From NCBI RefSeq assembly GCF_006345805.1, contig NW_021824176.1, positions 1-19,760 on the forward strand: DNA of 19,760 nucleotides, in the 5' to 3' direction. The first letter of the stretch is position 1. Each line of letters begins with the position of its first letter. Below the pieces are notes generated by a model. That model ran no database searches. It was not told the DNA's origin and saw only the letters and a list, made by a program, of their open reading frames with translations. Position numbers and translations under genes: made by a program. Shown here piece after piece: positions 1 through 8,457 of this stretch. The DNA comes from Octopus sinensis. Its lineage: Eukaryota.

Positions 1-135
1 TATATATATATATATAGGGAGAATTCACAAAAAAACGATATATATATATATATATGTATGTATGGATATGTATGTATGTATTTATGATGTATTTATGTAT
101 GTATGCATGTATATGTATGTATGTGTTATATGTAC
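1..135. repeat. (TA)n / (TATG)n microsatellite tract
   Basis: Direct: TA dinucleotide runs followed by degenerate TATG repeats. Confidence 0.9.
17..38 (-). mobile_element. Very short 3'-terminal remnant of a Penelope-like/HHR-type repeat embedded in (TA)n
   Basis: Minus strand reads TCGTTTTTTTGTGAATTCTCCC then (TA)n. This resembles the T-rich...CTCC[C/G]-(TA)n ends of the HHR-bearing elements ending at 4894 and 5275. Only 22 bp. Confidence 0.35.
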
Positions 136-147
136 GGTATGTTGAAA

Positions 148-219
148 TCTGAGTTCAAAACACACTAAGGGTCATTTTACCTTTCATGCTTTGAAGGCAA
201 TAACATATCCAGCACTGGA
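148..219 (+). mobile_element. Degenerate fragment of tRNA-derived SINE family 1
   Basis: CTGAGTTCAAAA...TTTTACCTTTCATGCTTTG...AGCACTGG aligns by eye with the body of the full copy at 9777-10020 (GAGTT..CAAATTCC...TTTGCCTTTCATCCTTTCGG...GCACTGGGG). Confidence 0.55.
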
Positions 220-684
220 CTGATCCTCTCCTTCTCACTCTCTTTCTCTCTCTCTCTCTCCTGTCTTTCTTTTTTTCAATTTATCTCTGATACATACATG
301 ATTGATGATCGCCTGGCTTTGTCAGATTGTCAGATGACAGCCGTCTCATAATCAGCTTGATTGTGCTGTTTTACTTTCATCCTTGCATATGTGTGGACTT
401 TTCCCCAATCATCCATCGCCATAGGACTTTATACGATACAAAATGGATCAGGAAATGAAATGATAGAGAAAGATCCGAACTTCATTGTAATTAAGTCCAC
501 AATAACTATACAACACTTTTGCTGCTCTCTCGGTTGTCATAGTAAGTTCCAGTGACAAATATCGCAGATGACTAGTACTATTTTGACTTCAAGTTTTATG
601 TAAGAATATCTTTCTCCTTGAAGAGCTGCTCCCCACCTGTTTTACCGAAAAAACAAAAGGAGCCTCCTTTACCTCCGCGAAATT

Positions 685-829
685 TATTTAATCCGTAGAC
701 GGGATCCTAACAGAGTCTACTATTCCGAGTCAGAACAGATCTAGGAGTAATTACTTCATGCTCCCCATAACTCCAGAACTGCCGAACTGAATCCTCACCA
801 CAGAATGTAGTATAATTTCATGCCCAGGT
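685..829 (+). mobile_element. Degenerate copy of an unclassified dispersed octopus repeat
   Basis: GACGGGATCCTAACAG...CCGAGTCAGA...GGAGTAAT...CTCCAGAACTG...CCTCACCA...CCCAGG resembles an octopus interspersed repeat recalled from memory. No second copy in the window to confirm it. Confidence 0.35.
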
Positions 830-1060
830 TACACACATACACGGCAGATAGATATATTATATATATATGTAAATTAGAGAAAAACCACTATTATGTAATT
901 CAAACAATGATAGCCGTAAATCATACCATATAGAAAAAAAAATATATGATAAAACATTTACCTAGATCACAATAAAGTACATAATAATAAATAAACAGTA
1001 TATAATTAATACATACATACATTGTAAGTATGTATGTATGTATGTATGTATGTATATATA

Positions 1061-1320
1061 CGAGGTGCATTCTAGAAGTCCATAAGAGACAATTATTAAT
1101 TTCGAAGAAGTACAAAACCATAATCTCCTTCAAAGTAGGATCCTCTGACCTCAATGCACGTGTTGCACGTGAAGGCCCCATGGAAGTCCTCCAAGGTGAA
1201 GCTGTCGGCGACTCGTATCACAGTTTCTTTCACCTTCTTCAAATCGACTGCTTTTGAGATTTTTCTTCAGCTTGAGAAACAGTCAAAAGTCACAGGGAAC
1301 AATGTCTTGTTGTAGGGATA
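1061..1320 (-). mobile_element. Mariner transposon 3' fragment (decayed transposase C-terminus plus terminal sequence)
   Basis: Minus-strand translation with frameshifts: PY..DIVPCDF*LFLKLKKNLKSSRFEE / KETVIRVADSFTLEDFHGAFT / CNTCIEVRGSYFEGD. This is the mariner YSPDLAPCDFWLFPKLK...CIEVRGSYFEGD end. The element ends in CGAGGTGCAT preceded by TA at 1059-1060, a mariner-type TIR start and TA target. Confidence 0.85.
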
Positions 1321-1360
1321 TATATCAATGTAAACAATTGAATAGTGCGGTAGGGAGTGA

Positions 1361-1444
1361 GCAAGAAAGAGGGAGAGAGAGAGTGGGGAGTTGGTCGAAA
1401 GAGAGAGAGAGAGAGTGGTCGAAAGAGAGAGAGAGTTGTTCGAA

Positions 1445-1478
<34 letters not shown>
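1361..1478. repeat. (GA)n microsatellite, interrupted
   Basis: Direct: GA runs interrupted by GTGGTCGAAA/GTTGTTCGAAA-like units. Confidence 0.9.
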
Positions 1479-1482
<4 letters not shown>

Positions 1483-1679
1483 TGCAATGAATAAAGGTAA
1501 GTTATGTAAACGTTTGCTTGAATCTTCAATAATAAAAATACATATATTTAAATTTAAATTTATAAGAATTTTCTACATATTTCAGGCTTTAACAATTGTT
1601 TTCTGTTTGCTAACAATTACATAATTCTAACTAATCACTAAGCAGTTTTCTTTGTTAGGGTATAGATTGTTTTCAGGGA

Positions 1680-2458
1680 AAGATAAGATGATGATGATGA
1701 TGGGGGGGGGGGGCGTGGTGGTGGTGAAGGTGGCAATAACGGAGATGGAGGAGGAGACGGAAAGAATAAGAATATGACAAAGAAAAACAATTTTAAGAAA
1801 AAAAATGAAATAAAGAAAGAAGAAAAATAAGAATTTGGTGAAAAATCAGAAAGTAGAAAATGAAACGATAGAAAAGTGAAAAAAAAAGGTGGGGGTGGGG
1901 ATAAAGGATAGAAGATTCAAAACAAAAAAAAATAAAGACGGAAAGAAGGGAAGAAAGAAAGAGAGAAAAATATAAAAGTAACAAAGCATAAAAAGAAAAT
2001 AAGGAATAAAAAGAGACGAAAAGTGAACGAGAATAAAACACGAAAAGAGGGGATCGCAAAGTGGAATGCTGTTGTATAAGAGTATTCAGAAGTGTAGGTC
2101 AAAATACTCTTTAGCATGTGCGTGTGTGTATGTGTGTGTGTGTGCGTGTGTGTGTGTGCGTGTGTGTGTGTGGGGGTGTAATTATGGTGGATAGGGGGTG
2201 GGGAATCGTGGGGCATTGTAGGAGAAGCCGTAGGAGCAAAGAAGATTTGACTTAAGGAATAGAGAAACAAAAGGGAGAGAGAGAGAGAGAGAGAGGTATA
2301 CAAGAAAAGTGAGGAGAGAGAGAGAGAGAGGAATGAGACAGGCAGGAAGAAGAAAAAATATTAATAAATGGAGAAAGAAGGAAAAGAATGATAGAGACCG
2401 GGTATGTGAGGGTGAGATAAGAGAAACATTAAAACAGACTGACATAGAGAGGAAGAAT

Positions 2459-2546
<88 letters not shown>

Positions 2547-2760
2547 AGAAGAAAGGGAAAGGGAAAGAGAAGAAAGAGAAAGGGAGAGAGAAATAGGGAG
2601 AGAAAGGGTTAGAGAAATAATGCGAACGAGAGAAAGATGTGGTATGAGGTATGGGGAAAAAGTGAAGGAGGATGCGAGAAAAAATGAATGCGGAAGATGA
2701 TACAAGAATTGGAGGGAAGATGAAGATGATAAGGAGGAGAGGTAAGTGGATAGTGTTCCC
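1680..2760. repeat. ~1.1-kb polypurine low-complexity tract including (GAAA)21 at 2461-2544
   Basis: Direct: the top strand is almost entirely A/G, with a perfect GAAA tetranucleotide run. It accounts for the F/L/S-rich and R/E/K-rich pseudo-ORFs. Confidence 0.9.
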
Positions 2761-3018
2761 ATCCAATTCTTCGCTCTCTCTCTCTCTCTTCTGTCTCTTT
2801 CTTTCTCTCTCAAAAAATGTCTTATCAAATACATTTCCACCCAGATTATTTTTAAGGAGTAATACACCCTTAACTCCTAGTGATTTATGTCTGAGTAAGA
2901 GATTTTTATTGTCACTTTATTAACAGACACAACCACGCCATTTTCTACTGACATACATACATCACATATGTATGTGTATATATATATGTGTGTGAGAGAG
3001 AGAGAGAGAGAGGAGTGC

Positions 3019-3065
<47 letters not shown>

Positions 3066-3160
3066 TGTATGCCTGCATATATATTCATGTATGTTAAATA
3101 TATGAGTGCATGTAAGAGTGTGTCTGAGCATGTAAATTCATATAAAAATCAGTATATGTC

Positions 3161-3204
<44 letters not shown>

Positions 3205-3222
3205 GTCCATATATATATATAA

Positions 3223-3257
<35 letters not shown>

Positions 3258-3323
3258 CAAACACACAAACACACACACATGCATATACTCATATGAATGT
3301 TTATCTGTTTGTGTGCTTGTATG

Positions 3324-3480
3324 TTCAAGAGTTTCAGATCGCATGATGTTTCATCTGGAGATCAGAACTATCTTCAAATTCTTCAGAGTATAAACAGTTT
3401 ATACTCTCATTTGAAGGATCTGAAGATAGTCCTGCAGATCTCCAGTTGAAACATCTTGTAAGTCGACAGCGACTCTTGAA
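3324..3480. repeat. 157-bp imperfect palindrome (fold-back element)
   Basis: Centre GAGTATAAAC-A-GTTTATACTC (loop base 3396). Arms GATGTTTCATCTGGAGATC..AACTATCTTCA and TGAAGATAGTCC..GATCTCCAGTTGAAACATC. Outer TTCAAGAGT (3324-3332) pairs with ACTCTTGAA (3472-3480). Confidence 0.85.
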
Positions 3481-3654
3481 GTCAAGTATACACACACTCC
3501 ACCGTCAAACAGATTCCGTTTTATGATTTGCAAACATCTCTTACCCATATGACTAAGAACACACGTGTATGTGTCGGTACCAACATATACCCTTACATGT
3601 AAATATATAAATGCATATATATGTTTATATACGTCCACAAAAAAGGGTATGTGT

Positions 3655-3793
3655 GTATACACACAGACACACACATATGTGTGTGTGAACGTGTGTACGT
3701 ATGTGTCTGCGTATGTAAATATATATGTGTGAGTGTGTGTGTGTGTGTTGGGTTCTCATTGGTAATGCTTTTCGCGCTCTCTCTCTAAACATA

Positions 3794-3827
<34 letters not shown>

Positions 3828-4027
3828 CTTTATTTTAAGCAGCAGAAAATTCAACAAAATCTGTTACTCTGAGTTTCTCGTTGCCGTTCATCAGAGAGTT
3901 TTTGCTAGAATGGAACCGATATATCAATTCAATCTAGACTCTTACAAACGCTACACCTTTAAAAAAAAATAAATAAAAATGGACTTGTTTGATTGGCCCT
4001 TTAGAAAAAACGGTCAATCTTCGAGCG
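3655..4027 (-). repeat. Left arm of a long inverted duplication (partner 4635-5101)
   Basis: 3828-4027 is the reverse complement of 4635-4823 apart from one substitution and an 11-nt indel in an A-run. 3748-3775 matches 4987-5014 at 27/28. The outer simple-repeat parts match loosely out to GTATAC (3655/5101). Confidence 0.9.
3850..3910 (-). ncRNA. Minimal type I hammerhead ribozyme motif, family 1 (stem I mismatch variant)
   Basis: Minus strand: TTCTAGCAAAAACTCT-CTGATGA-A-CG-GCAA-CG-A-GAAA-CTC-A-GAG-TA-ACAGATTTTGTTGAA. Core intact. The change at 3896 gives a C.C mismatch in the second bp of stem I. Confidence 0.65.
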
Positions 4028-4318
4028 ATAAACAAAAAGGTCAAAAATATATGTATATATATATAAAAACTTATAAAAATTATAAAATTCGAGGAAAAAA
4101 CTTTACATTGAATAAAATACATATTGACGTTAATGAAGAAAGCATAATTAAAGCATAGAAATTAAAACCTATTATAAATATTACACTGCAATACATATTT
4201 ATATTAAAGTGTACATATATATATCAACATACACAGAAGGTTGCGTGCAAACGCCATACATATACAGACGTATAAATATAAATCTAAAATATACACATAA
4301 ATGCATGCGTACATATAT

Positions 4319-4405
4319 GCACGCAATCCATCTCGCACGCAATCCATCTCGCACGCAATCCATCTCGCACGCAATCCATCTCGCACGCATCCATCTCGCA
4401 CGCAA
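4319..4405. repeat. 16-bp minisatellite (GCACGCAATCCATCTC) x5.5
   Basis: Direct: four perfect units (4319-4382), one unit with a 1-nt deletion (4383-4397) and a half unit. Confidence 0.95.
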
Positions 4406-4634
4406 GTTAAAATCATCTATGTAGCGATTCTCATATACTGAGTTAGGGGGACGTAAAGTTGCATCAGTATCAGTTGGAGAAAAAAAACGAAAGAAAGGAA
4501 GAGAGAGAAAAAGGAACGAAGAAGGGGGAAGGAAAAAAGAAAAAGGAGGGGTGGGGAAAAAAACGAAATAAGAAAAAATTATGTATACAAGCTGTGTAAC
4601 GGCATTATTGACATATATGGAGACAAGTATACAA

Positions 4635-4920
4635 CGCTCGAAGATTGACCGTTTTTTCTAAAGGGCCAATCAAACAAGTCCATTTTTTTTAAAGGTGTAG
4701 CGTTTGTAAGAGTCTAGATTGAATTGATATATCGGTTCCATTCTAGCAAAAACTGTCTGATGAACGGCAACGAGAAACTCAGAGTAACAGATTTTGTTGA
4801 ATTTTCTGCTGCTTAAAATAAAGCATATTACTCTACCACTGGTATTTGAGTACTCTTTTTTCCACCTTGTTTCACATTTATGTGTTTACTCCGGTATATA
4901 TATATATATATATTATATAT

Positions 4921-4967
<47 letters not shown>

Positions 4968-5101
4968 AGAGAGAGAAAGAGAGAGAGCGAAAAGCATTAC
5001 CAATGAGAAGCCAACACACACATACACGAACACACACATGTATATACATACGTGGATACATACACATTCACACACACACATGTTTATGTCTGTGCGTATA
5101 C
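4635..5101 (+). repeat. Right arm of the inverted duplication; 4635-4894 is an HHR-bearing Penelope-like terminal fragment
   Basis: Reverse complement of 3655-4027. It has an extra segment at 4824-4894 ending ACTCCGG directly against (TA)n. AATAAA lies at about 4817-4822, downstream of the HHR. Confidence 0.85.
4741..4801 (+). ncRNA. Minimal type I hammerhead ribozyme motif, family 1
   Basis: Stem I is 4741-4756 paired with 4787-4801 (about 14 bp, one A.A mismatch, one bulge). CTGATGA 4757-4763. Stem II is CG-GCAA-CG (GNRA loop) flanked by an A on each side. GAAA 4774-4777. Palindromic stem III CTC-A-GAG 4778-4784. GUA site, predicted cleavage after 4786. Confidence 0.75.
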
Positions 5102-5104
5102 ATG

Positions 5105-5275
5105 TGGATTTTTGGCGACTTTTTTCTTGGTTTCCTTTTCTCTTGGATTTTCCTTTGTCTCCTGTTTCTGAAGAAGAGCATTGCTCGAAACGTAAAACAT
5201 CCTTTTCTTACCTGAGATACTTTGATACTTTGGATGCACCACATCTTCGTGTTGCTTTTTCTTGTTTTTTCTCCG
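5105..5275 (+). mobile_element. Penelope-like terminal fragment, family 2, carrying an HHR
   Basis: Pyrimidine-rich element containing the HHR at 5163-5199 and ending TTGTTTTTTCTCCG against a TA run. The Penelope-like assignment is inferred from the HHR architecture. Confidence 0.55.
5163..5199 (+). ncRNA. Minimal type I hammerhead ribozyme motif, family 2
   Basis: TGTTT-CTGAAGA-A-GAGC-ATT-GCTC-GAAA-CG-TA-AAACA. 5-bp stem I, 4-bp stem II, and a loop-less palindromic stem III (ACGT) typical of dimer-acting Penelope HHRs. Predicted cleavage after 5194. Confidence 0.8.
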
Positions 5276-5301
5276 TATATATATGCGTATATGTGTGTGT
5301 C

Positions 5302-5334
<33 letters not shown>

Positions 5335-5339
5335 TCTAA

Positions 5340-5420
5340 AAGATTAACAGAGTGTATTGGAAGCTTTATTTTGGACGACGGTCGTTTCGCCTCACATCTT
5401 CACTGCTCCCTAGGGAGCAC
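5340..5420 (-). mobile_element. Probable decayed Penelope-like terminus (degenerate HHR core)
   Basis: Minus strand: gTGAAGA-tgtgaggc-GAAA-cg-ac...GTCCAAAATAAAG, ending at a (CA)n tract. It shares the G(A/T)CCAAAATAA tail with 10057-10130 and 16932-17006. Core positions are mutated. Confidence 0.35.
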
Positions 5421-5517
5421 TCAACGCGCTCTGCTGACATACTAGGGACATTCCTATAACAAGGTCTGGATACTACATCTTAAAGTCTCCTACCTAAATT
5501 TTTAATTTAAAATACAA

Positions 5518-5519
<2 letters not shown>

Positions 5520-5604
<85 letters not shown>

Positions 5605-5613
5605 TATATATAT
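5520..5613. repeat. (TA)n microsatellite
   Basis: Direct: about 94 bp of near-perfect TA. Confidence 0.95.
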
Positions 5614-5840
5614 TGTGATCCATTAACCCTAGTGTCACACCTCCCATTCGTGCCCTACGTGTAACAGGGCAATTCTGTCATAGAGAAGCTTCATCAGCCA
5701 CCTCTGGATTCATTAAACCAGACCAGACCAGACAGGCATACAAGCCAACCGTGAATTTTAATTATTTTGTACAATGAAGGATGACTGAGGAAGATTAGTT
5801 ATCCATTGATATTTTTTGTTCTTTTATGTGATTCAGGAAG

Positions 5841-5925
5841 GGGACTGCAGCTATGTTTGATCACCACCGTTAGGGGCTTTAGGTGAAACCCAGTACTTTA
5901 TGTGGCACTTATTTTATCGAACTGG
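5841..5925 (-). mobile_element. Degenerate 3' tail fragment of SINE family 2
   Basis: GGACTGCAGCTATG...CACCACC...CCCAGTACTT...ACTTATTTTATCG resembles the tail region of the copies at 14660-15103 and 15204-15393. Confidence 0.4.
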
Positions 5926-6371
5926 GTGTAACTAAACTTCTCAGTGATCTTTAGTCCAGCACTCCGTGCTTCATCCTTAGTAATTAATATGTTTTCTCTC
6001 ATTTTGGGGGAGCCAATAAGTGAATTTTAACATGTCGATGCTCAATGTTAACCTGGTTTTGATTTCTGGCTGCTACATTCAATTCACAGTTGAGCACAAG
6101 GGCTGATCTATATCAATTCATTTGACTTAATGTAGTTGATAAAGAATCATAAATGACTTTCTCTAAACCTTCCTTATAGTTACATGTATATATTATTCTG
6201 TTTTGAAGCCTAGTTTTATTGATAATTATTATTTTGCCAATTCACGTTCACAACCTAGATAACAAAAAAAAAAGTTACTTGAACTTTATGTCTATTTTAC
6301 CTTCTTGACAAATCGTTTTCAATTCTCATGTTTTCATTCATCTGACACTAACGAATTGATTCTTTAAACTA

Positions 6372-6937
6372 TTGGGTTGTCCGGAAAGTTCGTGCCGATT
6401 TATAGTAGCTTACCTCTCGACTTATTTTAGAACATGGTTGAGTCTATAAAATAGGTTTTGACTACACCTCCATTTAGAACACAGTTTAAGCTATCTTTTT
6501 GTGGAAGAAGGTTTATGTTCCTATAATCTGTGTTAATTCTGTAACCCTTTAAACTGGAAGATAAGAAAATTACTTTCCGGCGCTTGATCCTTTGGGAACC
6601 AGACAAAAATTGCTGCAGCTCGGCTGGGATGTGTTACCCCACCCTTCAAATTCACCAGATATTGCTCCTTCGGATTTCCACTTATACAGGTCTCTGCAGA
6701 ATAGTCTTAATGGTAAAAATTTCAATTCCTTGAATGACGTAAAAAGATACCTTGATGAATTCTTTGCCATGAAACCACCTCATTTCTGGGAAGAGGGTAT
6801 TTTCAAGGTAAAGGAAAGATGGAGAAACATTGTGCAACAAAATGGTTCATATTCGGTTGATTAAAAATGTTACTGCAAGTATTTATTGACCTTTTTCTTT
6901 CCTTTAAAAATCTGAACGAACTTTCCTAACAACCCAA
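6372..6937 (+). mobile_element. Non-autonomous internally deleted mariner element, copy 1
   Basis: 30-bp TIR TTGGGTTGTCCGGAAAGTTCGTGCCGATTT (right TIR has 4 mismatches). TA TSD at 6370-6371 and 6938-6939. The transposase N-terminus (MEDKK) is joined to the C-terminus TRQKLLQLGWDVLPHPSNSPDIAPSDFHL...ERWRNIVQQNGSY (ORF 6592-6864). Confidence 0.95.
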
Positions 6938-7019
6938 TAGTTCTTGCAAAGACAACCACGCAATATTACATCCTGAAAACAGGCACCAGACAGCTTTCGA
7001 TTCCCTATACACTAAACCA

Positions 7020-7250
7020 CTAGCCAATCTACGCATTGTGTACTCCTTCAGTCTCTCCAGCTATTTTCCGCGTCTAAAGCAATAATAAACTGTACAACTC
7101 CTGTTTAACCAAACTCGATATTCATGCCCGCTCTCCTCTCATTGCCTCAGATGTCTCCTCCTCAGACCCCAAACAAAATACGTCACAAATTTTTCTTCAA
7201 CATGACAATAACATTGTGGAATTCCGTTACTGCCTATTTCCTACTATGTT
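7020..7250 (+). mobile_element. Decayed CR1/L2-clade LINE ORF2 3' end
   Basis: Translation with frameshifts: LANLRIVY...NQTRYSCPL...PPQTPNKIRHKFFFNMTITLWNSV. This resembles the CR1-type TRGH and R..FFS.R...LWNSLP C-terminal motifs. Confidence 0.5.
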
Positions 7251-7341
7251 GGACTAAAGATTCGAGAGGTCATTATAAACTGTTGTCACTTCTATAAAGA
7301 TTCTCAGGAGTCACGGTTACTTACTTTCTTGGAACCTAATA

Positions 7342-7564
7342 ACGGTTTCAAATTTTGGCACTCGGCTAGTAATTTTAGGTAAAGGGAACAAGTCGATTAC
7401 ATCAGCCCCTGTGCTCAACTGGTAGTTATTTTATGAATCACAAAAGGATAAAAAAAAAAAAAGCAGTCAGTCTCGGCGGGATTTGAACACAGAACGTTAA
7501 GAGGTGGAAGAAATACCACAAAGCATTTTATACGATGCACCAATGATTCTGCCAGTTCACCGCC
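7342..7564 (-). mobile_element. tRNA-derived SINE family 1, diverged copy
   Basis: Minus-strand head GGCGGTGAACTGGCAGAATC, B-box-like GTTCAAATCCC, and a body matching the other copies. Confidence 0.85.
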
Positions 7565-7581
7565 TCCTTAGACTAAATAAT

Positions 7582-7796
7582 CCTTTTTACTATAGGCACA
7601 AGGCCTGAAAATTTGGGGAAAGGGAATAGTCAATTACATCGACCCAATACTCAACTGGTATTATTTTATCGACCCCGAAAAAAATGAAAGGTAAAGTCAA
7701 CTTCGGTTGGCGGAATTCGAACCCAGAACGTAAAGACGGACGAAATGCCGTTAAGTCTTATGCTCGATGCGGTAACGATTCTGCCAGCTCGTTGCC
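7582..7796 (-). mobile_element. tRNA-derived SINE family 1 with 15-bp target-site duplication
   Basis: Head GGCAACGAGCTGGCAGAATCG and B-box-like GGTTCGAATTCC. Flanked by direct repeats CTTAGACTAAATAAT at 7567-7581 and 7800-7814. Confidence 0.9.
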
Positions 7797-8269
7797 CTTC
7801 TTAGACTAAATAATAAAAATCACATCAGCCTTCTAGCTTGAAAATTAAAACGATCAAAAGTACCTTGGAATGAATAGGAAACATTTCAGCTACCTTTAAC
7901 TCTAATATCAGTTAAGACCACGCAACAAAAGTTAACATGTTGATCTTAACAATCAGATCTACAAAAAATCTGTTCGTTGCTGTTATTGAGTATAAACTTA
8001 TAAAATAGAATCAATCAATTCTTAAAGTATTTATTCAAGGAATTGTGTTTGATATTTACAAATGAGATTCAACATTGCGCATCTTTATCGGTATAACCAC
8101 TCAGGAACAAAACTATGATCTATCTTTCTTTTTTTAGTTACTTTCATTTCTTTTAGCCCGTTTGTCAACTGGATCACCTCATGTTTTGTTTCCCTGTAAA
8201 AGTCTTTGTTTCAAATATTTATTGGGATATCCAATTTTTCTAAATTCAAATGTTTCCCACGAGCAAACA

Positions 8270-8457
8270 AGGGAGCCTCTACAGAGTCGCTTGATCTATT
8301 AGAAATATTAACCAAATTACCTCAAGTCACATCATATCTTAAAACAGGAACGAAACATTAAACAATAATGAAATGCATAATGACGGGATGGTCAAAGCTA
8401 GGATGCTTTTCGTCGTAGATCTACTTGATCAGGATTGACCTTGTGTTAGACAACAAC
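8270..8457 (+). mobile_element. Degenerate unclassified dispersed repeat (related segments at about 12890-12960 and 18080-18200)
   Basis: A shared motif of the form CGCT(T/C)GATCTA..AGAA(A/T)TA..A..CAAAT..C...AA(G/A)TCACA occurs at about 8288-8331 and 18096-18140, with a weaker match near 12930-12955. Class unknown. Confidence 0.45.

Noticed and set aside
361-555. 64-aa ORF and surrounding unique sequence
   Set aside because: Non-ATG start and no recognisable motif in any frame examined.
1391-3344. ORFs rich in ER, F/L/S, HT, CV and YI repeats (also those across 14516-16351 and 17474-18798)
   Set aside because: They are translations of microsatellites and purine/pyrimidine tracts, with no domain signal.
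4319-4405. CRISPR-like array
   Set aside because: The repeats are contiguous with no spacers, and the context is eukaryotic.
5404-5419. Perfect 16-bp palindrome TGCTCCCTAGGGAGCA
   Set aside because: Isolated, with no second copy or context. It may belong to the decayed element at 5340-5420.
5660-5705. Minus-strand CTGATGAAGC hammerhead-like start
   Set aside because: No GAAA, stem III or stem I partner downstream.
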